Shown here: piece after piece, positions 10,539 through 24,944 of the stretch
How the letters are laid out: each line of letters begins with the position of its first letter
Numbering within the stretch: position 1 is the stretch's first letter
NCBI GenBank assembly: GCA_965153285.1
Contig: OZ229116.1
Strand: one strand, 5' to 3'
DNA length: 64,000 bases
Source: Podarcis tiliguerta
Lineage: Eukaryota
Program-made: the position numbers and the translations under genes
The notes under the pieces: model-generated
Told to the model about the DNA's origin: nothing
Seen by the model: the letters and a program-made list of their open reading frames with translations, nothing else
Database searches by the model: none

Positions 10539-13500
10539 GTCAGTTAAGCTGTCTTCTACCCTTTTGTATTTTCTCTGCGGCAAAGGACTGTCATCCAGGC
10601 TGCGGAATAAAGGGAATCATATTGTACATAGCAGTCCAGAGTATAACTGTTTGCTGATTGCTTGCTTGTTTGTTTGTTTGCCTTTACAAATTGGTATGCC
10701 TAAGGTCTATGTCAAATGCTTTTATTTATGAACCTAATGCTTTTTTTCTTTTTAAAAGGATAATTTTGAATAGCAGGTGTCTCTTTGAAAATTAAGTACA
10801 TAAGGTTTATTTTAGAGGCCCAGCTAGACTGCAGACTGCATGGAGGTTGTATAAGAATATGCTTAAGAATTCCTATGTGAAAATTAAAGGAGCAAGATTT
10901 TGTACCCCCCCCCCCACCAGCAACTGAAATATGGCCAATTTTTTTTGTAACGTTGTCATTTTCTGTTTACTGTTGATGCATGACACTTTGGATATAGGTT
11001 TCCACTCCCCCAACACTTCATGCTACAAACTAATTATTAATGTTGGTAAAATTAACTGTGAAGGTCTGTCCATGTCTTCTGAGAAGTAAGCTCCACTGAG
11101 TTCAATTAGACTTACTCCCAGGTTTACATAGGATTCTAGCCTATGTTAGATTTTTGAAAATGAAAGTGGGAATATATTCAGATTAAATGGTTCATTCTTA
11201 GTAGTACAATTTTTATGATTAGTCTATTATGTTTTCTTCAAAAAGACTGTGGTTGTTCATAGATGTTAAATGCAGCTGTTTTTCTTTAATAATATGACCC
11301 ATTCTTGATTCAGGATGCTGGCTGTTATTAACCAACATTTTTAATGCATTTTAATTAATGCCCAGTTATATCCTTTCTCTGGAACTATATGCAACTAGGA
11401 TCTGAGATTAGTCAACCAACATATTTGGAGGGTTGAAGATTATCCTGAGGAATTGAATGTTATGAAGCATATGCCGCAAACACATATGGTCAAAGCCTTT
11501 TGTGGTCTTGCAGACATGCAGTCTCGGATACTGCAGTTGCAATTAGCAGAGGGAAATTCTGCGTAGAAATTAAATAAGGACAGTGCTATATGCATTAAAC
11601 TAGATGTATTAAACTCACATGTTAGTTTTAAATCTGTTATGATAATCACCTTACAATATTATCTCACAATGTATTGGAGAATATCTGATATATCATATTA
11701 GGTCAATGTGAAAGCATTGTGGGTATCTGTTTGTTGACACTGAATATCCCAGTGTCCTGTTAAGTGCAATGCTCAGTTCCACTTGTACGCATCAGATTTA
11801 CTTTGCAGAATGAGTACATGGAGCTTAGTGACTCCTGAGCAAAAGGCTAATCCTGACAAAGCAGAAAGGTTACTATTCATGTTTAATCTTCTAGAGTCCT
11901 ACATACCAACCACTCTCATGCTGCCCTGGTGGAGGGCTACTGTAGCTCTTACAAGTTGTACCCACAACTTATTAAGAGTCCAGTGCAGTATTCTGTTACA
12001 TTATATAATGTAGCGTCAGTGTAAGCAGAGACAGAGTGTTGCGTCTGAATGTGTGAAAGGTGAGTGAGATTCATATATTTGTCCAGACACATAGCTTATT
12101 ATGCTATGTGTAAGTTAGTCACTCTCTTTCATAGGGTTGCTTTAAGCATCCAAAAGATAAGAACTGTGACATGCTTTCCATTCTGACAAATGGTATAAAA
12201 ACCACCATCATCATAAATGATCACCGGCTAAAGAAATACTTGAAGCAGACACAGAGGTGTTCAGTAGGGCAACTGAACATTTGGAATGAGAGGAATTCTA
12301 AAAGTTGTTCCAGGTAGAGGTACGTTGCTACAAAGTACCTAAGTGCCATGCCAATCGTGAGGATCCTTTCAAATTTTATTAAGGTACATGTTTATTTGAA
12401 ACAGAGGGGGGCAACAGCCTGTGGTGGACAAAGAAGCCTGGTTTAAATATAATTTAGAGTATTGGGGATGAGGTCTTTTCACCAAGTTATCTAACCAAGT
12501 TCCAGCTTATTCTTTATCCCTTGAAGATGTTGGAAACGGCAAAGGGGGGAGAATATACTAAGTTATTTCCCTCAGTCTCCCTGGAGTTCTGGCTATTATA
12601 GTAGTGGTCTCGCTCTTCTGTTCTTTTTTTCCTCAGGTACATGTTGGGGTTAAAAGCTTGTTCTTATTACAGTTTCTTACACTAAAATCAAATTCTGTGC
12701 AGGAAAAACAATGCATGCTTTAAATGGGGCCTGCAACACAATGTTGTAGTATGTTCCTACTACCTAAGAGAAGTGCTCCTGGGCCCCTGGCAGCCTGGAA
12801 CAGGAATTTTGTGGTTCAGTTCTGGCCTCTTGAAGATTGGGGCAGAGAAGTGAATAGGGAAGGGGGAAATGACATGTTTTTGCCTTCCCTTTTCCCCAAC
12901 CATCTAGTGGCCTGCTGGTATTTTTTTAGCTATTTAGTGGAAAGGGGGAACCACACAGTTCTGTGGTTGTGGGGAGGAAGTATCTTTTTTTCTTTTCTTC
13001 CTCATGAAACACCCCATATAACATAGAGGGAGGGGGCTTTTAACCTCATGATTAACCCTGCCTCCTTGCAGCCCAATCTTGTCTGCATCTAAAATGCTGA
13101 TTAAAATACAGCTTATAATCTTAACCCCACCATGCAATTTTCCTTACACACAAATACTCCATGACTCAGCTGTTTTTTCTATATGGAATGCATATTTCTG
13201 CATAGTTCTGCATATGATAGGGAACTGGAATGTAGGAATTGGAGCACCGTGGCTAATTTGCATAGCTTGTCAATACATAATCAGCATAATTTGAATAAAA
13301 GTTGCATGAACTTTGGTTGTGATACTGTTTGTGCAATCTCCATTGCTAAATTAGAAGTGGCAGCTCTTAGGAGGTTTTCAAGATGATCATTGGCTGACCG
13401 AGATAACTGCTTCTGCTTGGGCCTCAGCTATGAAATGTTTAAAAATGTATGTACTGGCAGAGAAAGGTCAGTTTCTTGGCAGGCTGTGAAATGTGATAAA

Positions 13501-13785
13501 GTTTTTCAGTTAGCTGGGGTGACAAAAAGCCCTTGTATTATTAACCTCAGTTGTTCAAATTATGGGTAAGCCCTTTCAAACCATGAGATATAGAAATCAT
13601 GAAATTTGAAAGCATAATAAATGAAGTGTGCTTTACATTTACCTTCTTGTTTCTGAGGCTCCAATCATGTAGCCCCAAGACCTTTTCAATGATTTTCAAC
13701 AACTGCAAGGAGGTTTCATTGTTAAAAAAAAATCATATCCCCAGTTTTCCTTTATTTTAGACAGCATGACGGAAACTTCTAAAAT

Positions 13786-13913
13786 CAGAAGCCTGTGACC
13801 TCCAGATGTTACTGGACTTCAATTCCCATCAGCCTCAGCCAGCATAGCCAAAAGTTAGGGTTTATGGGAGTTGTAGTTCAGCTACATTTGAAGGGCTAAA
13901 GGTTGGTCACCAC
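13786..13913. mobile_element. Short palindromic hAT-derived MITE
   Basis: cagatgttactggacttcaattcccatc ... atgggagttgtagttcagctacatttg inverted core; same family as 33582. Confidence 0.65.
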
Positions 13914-15141
13914 TAATTTAAATGCTTGTAATACCTGAAACAGGAGAAAGAGTGCCCTAAGATTCCAGAAGTTCTAATTTCCTTCACCACCTAAGGAATT
14001 TTTCATACAAGATTAATTTCCTGCACAAATAATGGCTTCCATATAGAAATATAGTAAACTGCATGTACCCTACATAAACCAGTCATATATAATGAATGTA
14101 TGTATACTCTGTAAAAACCTGCTGCCAACTGGGTGAACATTCCACTAGTTGGTGCACTGGGCAAACTGGACAAGAATTAATTGCATCAATTCATTGATTG
14201 TTGCCTCAATGCAGCACGATGAAGTTGCATGACCTTTTTAATCCAGTAACCTAATGTAAATTTATTCTTCTCATGGTATTAAAGAACAGATTATTCAGGA
14301 TGACAGTGATAAACATTGGAAAATACCTTAATGGGTTTAAGTTTGGATGGCCAGTTCTCGTAACAAACTTACTCATGCAATGTCTCCTATTGCTCTCATT
14401 TACTACTACTGCTACTAGTACTACTGCTATTAATTGTTTATGACATTTGGATAACATTTTACATAAACAGTTGTAAGGGTTCAGTATTGTTCCCATTTTA
14501 CAGTTGACCCAAAACTGAGAACTATTGACTAACCAACAGCCACACAATGCGTCCATAGGAAAGATAGACCTGAACTCATTTCTCTCTGATCCATGCCCTA
14601 CTCTCTTGTTCTGGCTCATTTACTTACGATATATGGTTTGTGAAAATACTGTCGCTTTTACTTAAGTGTGTAAATCTTCCATCGCTCTCCATTAAAATAG
14701 CTGGTTTTAGACAGCAAGTTCTAATTAATGTTTCAGGTTGGCACTTGCCTGCTTATGCCACCCTAGTGGAGTTCCCCCTGCTCTGAATGCAGGCATTTAC
14801 AGGTTATAGATCATGAAGCCTGCATCGAGCAGGTCTAAGTTTATGTTTTATGTCAGGACTGGAGGCTCGTTATTACTTTGCTATTAACTTTATACTATAT
14901 AGGACAGTATCTCAGAGACAGAGGGATCTATCTTTTTGGCATTTATCCGCCTCTGTGGCACAAACAATCAGAGATGATTCTTTCCCAGAAAAATTACCTA
15001 TGTCTACTATTTTCTTCACAGGGAGCTGCACAATACACCTTCCACTTGGTTCTATGTACTTCGGCTGATGCCATGAGATTTTTGTCTGGGCTAACTGCTT
15101 TATAACAGTGCCAAGCCTTGCTCATCCCTTTCTTTTTTCCC

Positions 15142-15148
<7 letters not shown>

Positions 15149-15180
<32 letters not shown>
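15149..15180 (+). repeat. (TC)n microsatellite
   Basis: Direct reading. Confidence 0.95.
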
Positions 15181-15183
<3 letters not shown>

Positions 15184-18100
15184 TCCTGTTTTCCTCTTCC
15201 GTATCCTCCTTTTGACATGGCTTTCCTTGCACACAGAGTGCCCAAGCAAATTATAGGCAGGTTTGAAGGGGATAGGTATCAAAGTGGTCTAAATGGCTTA
15301 AATAATTCCCTGCTGCAATACAAACTGTCTAGGGGGTTGACACAAAACATCTCCTGATCCAAGATTTACTTTTATCACCTGTCACAGACCCTTGATTCAA
15401 GGGCAAGAGAGCCAATCCTCACATGCAGTTTAGGAATCTTGGCCAGCTTAATAAGCCTCCCCACTCTCTTCAGCTTCCAGGCATCCAGTGAATTGATATC
15501 CACCAGAGTGCTTTTCTTGTCTGACAGATGCTTGACAATGGGGGGAGGATTGACTTCAGGTCTTGAGGACTCTTTACTACATATCCCTCTGACTATTTTG
15601 CTTTTTATTCTTTCCTTCCACACTGTGAGCCAGACGTAACTATTTAGAAGAGTGAGCTTGAGTGTCAGAAGATTTGAGATTCCACCCCCCTTCCCGTTTG
15701 ATCTCCAGAAGTGCTGTTTTTCCTCTGCTGAGCTACATAGAACTGTTTTTCCACACACTCCAATTTGCTCATGGATTCCCCCCCAACCCAAAAAAGCTAT
15801 TGAGCCTCCAGTCTAAAAGGCCATTGTGATGAAAGAAGGAATTGCATGCCTCACTAGAGACGTCATTGAGTGGGTCCAGGTTCTAGTTAGAGATTTATTC
15901 AGGCTGTTGGAAATTCTACATGCAGTAAGTTGAGTTGTGGAAAGTGCATCTGTGAAAGATGCATCTCTAGGAGTTGAGCCACTGAAATGCTGCACATCAG
16001 GCCTGGAAGTTCCAATTGACAAACCTGTTGCAGCTGCTGTTGGATATTTTACTCTGAGAGATTAACTTCTGCTGGGGCATCCATACACAGAACAGATCTT
16101 TCATATTTGCACTAATGAAAGCTGTTTCACTTGCACATTTTGGACATGAATTTTATGTGTCAGTTAGTAATTTTTTATCACTTGTGTTTTTGATTGTTTC
16201 AGAGGAAAGCATTAGCCACAATTCTTGATTCATATATGTCAGTACAGAAAATCATATAGATAGATCCCATGGAATCATTTTTTTTTAAATAAATAATTAT
16301 TTAAATTCTGCTAGTTTGAAGTGAACATGGTTAACAAGTAATGCCTACTGATTTTTGGCCAGCTCCCTGTCATTGTGACTCAGTTCCATATTATTAGAAA
16401 ATAAATCCACATTTTATATTTCATTCACATTATTTTGGTGTGCTGTTCATTGCACACAATGCATGTTTAGTTGTTTTAAAAGCAGAACACAAACCAAGGA
16501 GAGGTTATAAGAACACTTTTGGAATATTACAATGTAACCAGTACATTGTCACATGTCCATGACCATTGAAATAAAACATTAAATAATCTTATCATTTGAA
16601 GTTTTTCATGTTCCTTCGTAATATAAGGAAAGCTTCAGGGGTTTATTGAACAGTCAGTATGGCTCATTATTCCAAATACCTTTCCATGGCCAGTGTAAAT
16701 GTTTCCCTATTCCCCTGTATTTGGGCTATAGCATAATGCATCCTTTTCCCCAGCCCATCCTGTCTCTAGCATTTTACAGCTCTCTCACTACTGACCTTAA
16801 CAATGGTGAAGAGTTTAATTAGCACCAACGTTAGCCAAGGTTAACACTAATGAGAGGCAGTGAAGGCATAGTTAAGGGCTCAGGACTAGGGGTTGAATTC
16901 AGACTGTTGGTTGCGCTTGGTACCCACTGAATCCAATAGGATAAGTTAGTAATGAACTCATTCTCATTGATATCTATAAGAACTAAATGCAACTAGCACT
17001 CCAGATCCATCCTTACATTCTATAGTTCACTGTTACCTAGGTTTGTTTCTTATGTGTTTATGTATTTCCATAGGCTTGCCCCCGCCGTTCACAACATCAC
17101 AAACACCCTTGCAGTCTTTGGGAAATGTTATATTTTGTTCTCACTCTTTTATTTCATTCTTTCCTTTCCAACTTAGGTTGCAGTGTAGAGTAAATATCAA
17201 AGCTATGGAGTTAATGCCTTTGTACTTAGGAGGAAAAAAATGTGTGTGTGTGAAAGAGGAGGGTGATCAACCTATGTGACTAACAGAGGTGGAAAATCTT
17301 TTGAGAGTATATATGACCTTTGTGGAAGTGTGCAGCACCTGATGAATATGAAAAGACAGGCTTCATCTATGTGGCAGTCCTGAGGCAGCTACAATGAGTC
17401 TACAGGAGTGGAGTGCCTAAGCAGTTTCTTGCCTTTGTTCAAATAGTCTCATGAATTTTTGAAGACAGTGGCTTATATGACCCACACAGATCCTGTTTGT
17501 ATGATCAGTTCCATTTGCTCATTTCAGTTTTGCACATCTAGGCATTTATAGGTCAACGTAATAAAGAGAGAAAATTTAATAATATATGTGTTTTTATCCA
17601 GATGAGTGGCTCACTTTGCGTTTCTATTTCTCATGTGAACTGCACTTTGACTTTTAATGTGCAGTTACATTACTCGGCACTGAATTTAATGTATAATGTA
17701 GCCTCTTTCCTTCACCTTCCCCCAACCCAGCGCCAAAAAGAAAAATACTCTGTATAAAGTATAACTAACCCAGTATGCCTTGTGCCTTTTCATTAAATGC
17801 TTATTAAGAGAGAATGTGATGTTTGAAGAGGATTGCTATTAACTTCCAAGAAAGCTAGTACTAGTAGGAATGTTCAGGATGTAATTACATGAGATTTTCA
17901 AGGATAAATCATTACTGGAAGCACAATAACCAACTTTTTTTTTGTTACTGACCATTCTCTCCAAAGTATGTTAAACTTGATCTTTACCATCCTGCTGAAA
18001 ATAGTAATAATAATGCTAGCACCACAACTGAATGGCTCTTTGTTCATGTAGCGTCTGTGCATTAAAAACTTGCCTTCTTTACTGCTGTAGAAGGGCTGCC

Positions 18101-18254
18101 CTTCATGTGCATCTCTTTACATGAAGAGAATTGTCCCTTCCATTAAGGAAAACGGGAGTGCTAACTTAAGTGGCAGCTCTGTGCATCCCATGGCACTATG
18201 GATTTAGGTTGTTAGTCATTACTTATACTGAGAAACAAAGGCTACTGATAAAAT

Positions 18255-18735
18255 ACATTTATTTATTTTTATTTATTTATTTTAAAGAAAAAAATCTGCT
18301 TTACTTAAGAGTAAGAATTCAAGCATAGCTTAGAAATAAAAATGCCAGTAGCATAACATAGAATTAGCAGCAAAATTATAAAGTAGTTAGAAGTCTGTTG
18401 TCTGCAAAGCAACTGACAGGATTAAAACCCAGGAAAACAGCAAAACCCAAAGGGGAAACAGCAAAATCTTCTCCAAAGCCTTTCTGGAACAACTAAGTGT
18501 TGCTGCGCAGTGAAGAGTAAGCTAACATGAAGCCATTCACACTTTTTAGGGAGGGCATTTCATAGTGCTGAAACTTACCTCTTGAACTTCTGATGACAGG
18601 AGTAACTTGATCAGGGCATCGTATGTGTGAAGGGGAGATATGGGAGCAGACTGTCCTACGAGTAACCAGGTTATCATTTATACTTTTAAATGTTAGAATT
18701 GCAGTTGGGACAATTGGGTATCCAGTGTAAATCAT
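18255..18735 (-). mobile_element. L2 LINE 3' fragment, antisense, degenerate
   Basis: (TTTA)n tail at about 18257-18283. The - strand reads LHWIPN... and ILTFKS..., a decayed L2 'LHWLP...LTFKAL' motif. Confidence 0.55.
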
Positions 18736-19642
18736 AAAGCAGGGACAGAGAACCTAATGGTCCTCCTGATATCAAGGGCCCCAGGTTGTCATAAAGGACT
18801 GGGATAATTTGTTCTGTCTGGCCAACGAAGAGACAACGTGTGTCTGTGTGGCATTCTGATCCAGTTAAATGCTCTACAGCTGTAGTCTTTAACCTTTTCA
18901 GACCTAGGATTGACTTTAACTCAGGGGAGCCATTTCTTTTTTCCTTTTTAAACAATATATTTGCATAGTGGTAGTTTTGCCATTTGACTTTCAGACAGGT
19001 TGTGGCCCAGCTGCTGGTCCAAACTAACCATTTCAGTACCAATGTTATATATCGTTTGTATGGTATGTATTTAGTTCCCATCCCCTAAATACTAAATACA
19101 GCCTTTTAAAAAAATCTTCTCCAGCAAAAAGTGAAGTTGCTATTCTATGATTTAAGACACTCTTAGAAACTTTTGGAATGATAGTTTTATGTCAAATTAT
19201 GTGAAAATGTGGTCAGCTCTCAGAATTGTCTTCCAATTCTTATGCAGTGGTAGGAGTTTACAAATGAGTGGTGGGAGTTTTAAAATGTCTGCTTTTTTCT
19301 ACTTTGGTAAATGCACTAAGTGCTGTATAAAAATGCAGGCTAGCACAATAAAAACGATTCTAAAACATGAAAATATGCAGTACAATAAAAAGAGCAAATA
19401 GAAGAATTTAAACATATAAGAATAGAGCAAAATGTTGTAGCAGCAACATAATAAGCTGACATTATCAGGAAAAAAGACACAAAAGAAAAGGGAAAGTTGC
19501 AAAGATTTCAGAAGAACTTTTATTCTGTTATTGTTTCATTCTCCACCTTTTGTCTCTTTTAATCCTCCCTTCCATCTTGACTTCTCTTGTTCTAACCGTG
19601 GGCATGCACGTGATATATCATGGTATGAGATTATCTAGGGAA

Positions 19643-19830
19643 GGGCCATAGTTTAGTGGTAGAACAATTGCTTTGCATGAAGAAGCCCCTGGTTCAATCC
19701 ATCCCATCTCCAAGTAGATCTGGAGGAAAGTGCTGCCTGAAATCCTCGTCAGTGCAGGCAACTGAACTAGATGGCTCCATGTACTGACTAATACACTGTC
19801 TAAGGCAGCTTCCTATATGCCTGTGTTCCT
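19643..19830 (+). mobile_element. tRNA-derived SINE, Squam3-type, degenerate
   Basis: tRNA-like head gggccatagtttagtggtagaa...ttgcatg...ggttcaatcc (A and B boxes), body ...ctgaactagatgg... and tail taaggcagcttcctat...gttcct, as in the squamate Squam3 consensus I recall. Confidence 0.75.
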
Positions 19831-20155
19831 TTCCAGTTCCCAAAATTTCATATTGGAACTCTTGTAGGTTGATTTGCTTTATTCAACTGCTAGAAATTTG
19901 TGCTGTGTGTTGTGGCCGCTACACCCTAGTTCATGTAGAGGTTTCTCCATTTATAAATATTGGGAGGACTTGTATAAGTGAGAGCTGACTCTGTGGAACG
20001 ACTCATTCTTTATATATAGCATGCAGAAACGTTCAGAAATACATAGTGAGTTTTGCCCAAATTTAGGTCCAATGCAGTACCCTGTAATCTCTCTCTCTCT
20101 CTTTTGCCCATGCTTCTATCTAGAGTATCCCTATCAATTTGTATCTGTCCACTAC

Positions 20156-20768
20156 TGAGCATGAATCAACAGTGTGATGCAGCAGCAAAATAAGCTAATG
20201 CTATTCTAGGCTGCATCAACAGAAGTACAGTGTCCAGATCAAGGGAAGCCATAGTACTGCTCTGTTCTGCCTTGGTCAGACGACACCTGGAGTATTGTGT
20301 CCAGTTCTGGGTGCTACAGTTTAAGAAGGATATTGACAAGCTGGAATGTGTTCAGAGGAGGGAAACCAAGATGATCAAGGGTCTGGAAACCAAGCCATAT
20401 GAGGAACGGTTGAAGTAGTTTGGTATGTGAAGCCTGGAAACATGGGGACCGAGAGTGGATATGAGAGCCATCTTTGAAGACAGAGCAAGCTTGTTTTCTC
20501 CTGCTCTGGAGGGTAGGATCTGAACCAATGACTTCAAGTTACAAGAAATAATATTCCGACTAAACATCAGGAAAAACTTTCTGATAGCAAGAGCTGTTCG
20601 ACAGTGGAACAAACTACCATGAGAGATGGCAGACTCTCCTTCCTTGGAGGTTTTTAAGTAGAGGTTGGATGGCCATCTGTCATGGATGCTTTAGTTGAGA
20701 TTCCTGCATTGCAGGGGATTGAACTAGGTAACCCTCAGCATTCCTCCCAACTCTACAATTCTATGATT
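20156..20768 (+). mobile_element. CR1 LINE 3' fragment
   Basis: Peptide [61 protein letters not shown] is typical CR1 ORF2 C-terminus. Ends in the CR1 terminal motif attctatgatt. Confidence 0.93.
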
Positions 20769-22318
20769 GTGTACTCTAGTAGGTGAAGCAAGAGACATCC
20801 ATGACAAAAAATACATGTCTGCCCCTGTATAGACCTTTAAGATTAGATCTGCTTAGAGTTCGGCATTTAAAAGTAAAAAGTAAAACTATGAATTGCCATA
20901 AGTTACTTTAAAAGAAAAAGAAAATGGAAGATTACAGAGAATGCATGAGATGTGGAAGTGGTCAGACCAGTGGTCCGTTTAGTCTAGCATCCTGTTTCCA
21001 AGAAAGTTCAGCCAATTGTTTTCTGGCCACAGTAAAACATGATGGCAACACCGCTCATCTGCAGCTTGCCATTAGCAGTAGTATATCAATGACTAACAAA
21101 ATAGATATTATTATTTTGGCTTATTCCTTCATTAGCTGCTCTGATCCTTTCCTAATAATCTCTTACTTGGAATTTGCATTCTTTCCTTTCCCTGAAAAAC
21201 ATTTGAGTAAATGTTTTTTGTGTTATGCTCTCCTGCACCCAACACTCATCACTTTATACCCATACATGGACGTCTGAACAGTACAGCTTACTAACTTTTT
21301 TATTATGGTTGCCTTTATATTACCTCCTGTGTCATACTGGTCTCTTTTGGTTACTGGTTCCTCCACACTCCAATACATATCTTAGTGGAACTTGGAAAGT
21401 GAAATTTGAAAGCTGCATATATTGTTTCTGCTATTAACTTCTACCCAGTGTCTTCCACAGAGATTATCATATTAGGCTATGTGCAAATTATTTGTAAATG
21501 TGCAAATTGAGTTATTTAATACATGCATATACTTGGCATATCTGCTTTAGTGTAATGGGAAGCATATTTTATGCAGCCATTGAAGTTGTGTACTGCTAGT
21601 AGAAGTGTTCTGGATCCAGAGGAATAAGTGAATTATTTTGAGCCAAGATAGTGCTCCTCCTGATTGACATATTGCCATTATTTCCATCACAGGGTCCTTT
21701 CTGTTCATTTGTGTGAGGTTATTCACACATATTTATGTCTTATGAATTGTTGAACATATGTAGCAAAATTATGTTGTCTTGAGTTGTGAAAAATATGCTG
21801 AGGGATTCACAAGTGAAGAATGCACATAGATATTTATCAGATGAGGACATCAAAGTACCACATTTGTAGGAATAACTGATACTATCAATCCATTTTTCAG
21901 TCCTGGTCTCATACAGTGACTGCCATATGGAGGCCACTTGATGATACCTCCTCATAATAGCTTCTCTATGTGAGATGTATTGGTATGCTCCAACTTGCTT
22001 CAAAAATTGACTGCTACCATGTGGCTTGCATCATTGCTGCTAAAAACCTATTTAATCAGCACTGAGACAAACCACATTAAGGGGAATGATCCACATGATT
22101 ACTGAGTACACACAAACAATTTAATACATGGGTTAGCCACTGACGAGAGGCAGTGGGCCAAATCAATTGATACATATGTTGTGTGAGGAGATAACTGGTA
22201 GCTCAGGGGAAAATAATGTATAGCAAGGAAGTGATAAAAAAAATGTACTCAGATGTTGAGTATTTCTTTTAGAACTGCAATTTGTATCCACTAATCCAGT
22301 TGCATTGTGGGTTAATAA

Positions 22319-22501
<183 letters not shown>

Positions 22502-24525
22502 TAATAGGTTCCTTAGTAAGAATGAAATGTAAATTGATAAATTCATGTAAATTGATAAATAAATATGTTGGCATAAAATCATCATCAGGGCAGCATTAAG
22601 ATAAATAAGGGGGGCACTTATTTCTCAAAATGTGTTGGGGGGTAATGGAACCCCTGTTCTGAAGCTTTTTGATGTGAGACACTGAAGCGTTAATGCTATT
22701 TATTTCACAGATGTTCTAGTGTCTGTTCAAATTCTCTGTGGAGGGACTCCTGATCTGCTTTGCCTTTTCAGATCAGCTGCAGTTTGAGAGAAAAAAAATC
22801 TTGGTTGAGTTGCAGCCATGACACTAAAGAGGAAGGTCCCCTTAAGAATTGAACAGACTCTTTGTCCATTAAGTATTTTAAATGGAAGCACCTGCCTGTT
22901 ACTTTAGCAACTCAGATTCGGGTTTATTTGTGAAAGGTTTGTTTCCCACTGTGGATTCATAGAAAATATTTAGTACGATTCAAAGGCAGGATTGGATATC
23001 ATTTTTTTAATTAGAAAACAGGGCTGAATGGCTATGGGTTTCCTTTATAGACTTTCATGGTTACTTCTTACATGAATGGAAATGTTAATCCCACTGTCCT
23101 CTTGTTAATCTCACCTTGATGTGTATGCTCCTATGTTGTTTTGAATCTACCAAAAATGTTCATTGTCAAAGCTGAGGGCAGGGAGAATAAATTATGGCAA
23201 AAGTTGTTTAAAATTAAATATTCCATTAGAAAGTCTTGGTCATCTGTTCCTGTTTGTACCATGTTAAGTATGACAATGAACTGGGTAATTTGTTGGGGTC
23301 AATATTTATTTTTCTTACAACTGTTGATAATACTTTTTTAAAAAAAGGTTTGAATGGTGTCTCATGGCCACCATAGAATTGAATTTATCTTCAGTGAAAG
23401 TAGTCAGCTCTTCAGTGTGTATTTTTCACTACAGAATTAAATTCTGTCATTACAATACCTTACTACAGGCATAACACTGACTTATTTTTAAGTCACGAAT
23501 ATGCCTTTATTTTAAAGAGCTACTAATTCTACAGAAGCATCGTTATGCAGGTTGCCATCTGCTCATTATTGTTGTTTTTGTTTTGTGTGTATTTCTTTGT
23601 AAATTATCAGAGTGAAGGTAGCAGAAGCAAAAAAATTCTATAGAAATAGGTAAGAAGTTTAAAACAGCAAGACCTGCAAACTGCATTAATTTTATAAATG
23701 CACCTTTCTAAAATATATGTCATATGTGAAGGATATCCTACAGGCTTACGGATAAATGGCATGCATTTTAATATAATTATGTAAACTAAAATAAAATATT
23801 TTACATTTATTATGCATAATAAACTAATTAAACAATGCTTGGTAAGGGATTATAGCCTCTGACATCAAGTGCAGAAGGATTCATTGTGTGGATTCAGCAG
23901 CACTTGCATTCTGAGTTAGGGAGAGTGACTCTGCAGAGAACACTTGTCTCTTTTTGGACAGCTTCCCTAGGGAGTTCATGGTTCCCTTTTATTTTTGTAT
24001 ACGCTCAAACTTTGTAAAATAAAGACCCATTTATAATATGTTCCAGTGGATGCAACAACATAATTAGAACAAAACTAGGAAGTGGGTGTTCTTTTCAAAC
24101 TAAATAATCTTTCAGATACTTTTGATACGTCAGCAAATGCAGTATAGCCTGTTGTTTCTCAGTTTTGCAGAGCATGTGCTGAGATTGCATAATTCTTTAT
24201 CAGAAGCCCAAAAAATATGCACTAATGCTTGCAAGGGGAGCCATTGTATGAAACTGATGGTACAGAAATGTGTGTGTTGTTAGTCACAATAATCTCCAGC
24301 TATTTAACATATGATGACAGGTTGGATAACATTTCATTTAATTTACAAAGTATTGTAAGACTATCCATCTCTAGGAAGAATGTTGCACTTTATGCTCATG
24401 GGACATAATTTTCCTATAGCCAGAGTCTAGCCAGGTTGGGAACCCTACCAGCAAAGTACATGAAAAAGCAAAAATATGAGAAATGAATCTTTCGCTCTGA
24501 TACTGATCACATATCACTTAAATAA

Positions 24526-24944
24526 GACAGATTAAATGTTTTCCCTTCTGAAGTGCTGAGGGGAAGATTGCGTGGTGTCCCATACCAAGATAGGCTGTGC
24601 CCATGTTCCCAGGATGTTGAATATATGGAACAAATTTTATTGCATTGTAGTCTGTATAAACATGTTAGACGGCAGCTAATCAATCCATTACTAAGAAAAC
24701 AACTTGAAACTGCTGATTCATTTCATGTCAAGGTTCTCCTTGAGGATAGGTTTGATACTATTACACTGGCTATAGCAAAATTCTTCATGGAGGCAGTAAA
24801 AATCAGAAATCAGTACATACAGGCTAAAGCTCCTCTGTTGGCTAGAAAGGCCGATTTTACACATTAACAGCTATTGATATTTACTATTGTTGTACTGTGT
24901 ATTTTTGGGTCTGTGGACCGCAATAAAGCTCTTTGTGTGTGTGT
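24526..24944 (+). mobile_element. 5'-truncated non-LTR retrotransposon 3' end with C-terminal zinc-knuckle-like motif (RTE-X-like; clade tentative)
   Basis: Open frame 24526-24867: DRLNVFPSEVLRGRLRGVPYQDRLCPC...EQILLHCSLYKHVR. Then AATAAA (24922-24927) and a (TG)n tail. Perfect 10-bp TSD acttaaataa (24516-24525 / 24945-24954). Confidence 0.8.

Noticed and set aside
19643-19720. Possible tRNA gene
   Set aside because: The cloverleaf is broken, there is no terminator, and it continues into a SINE body and tail.
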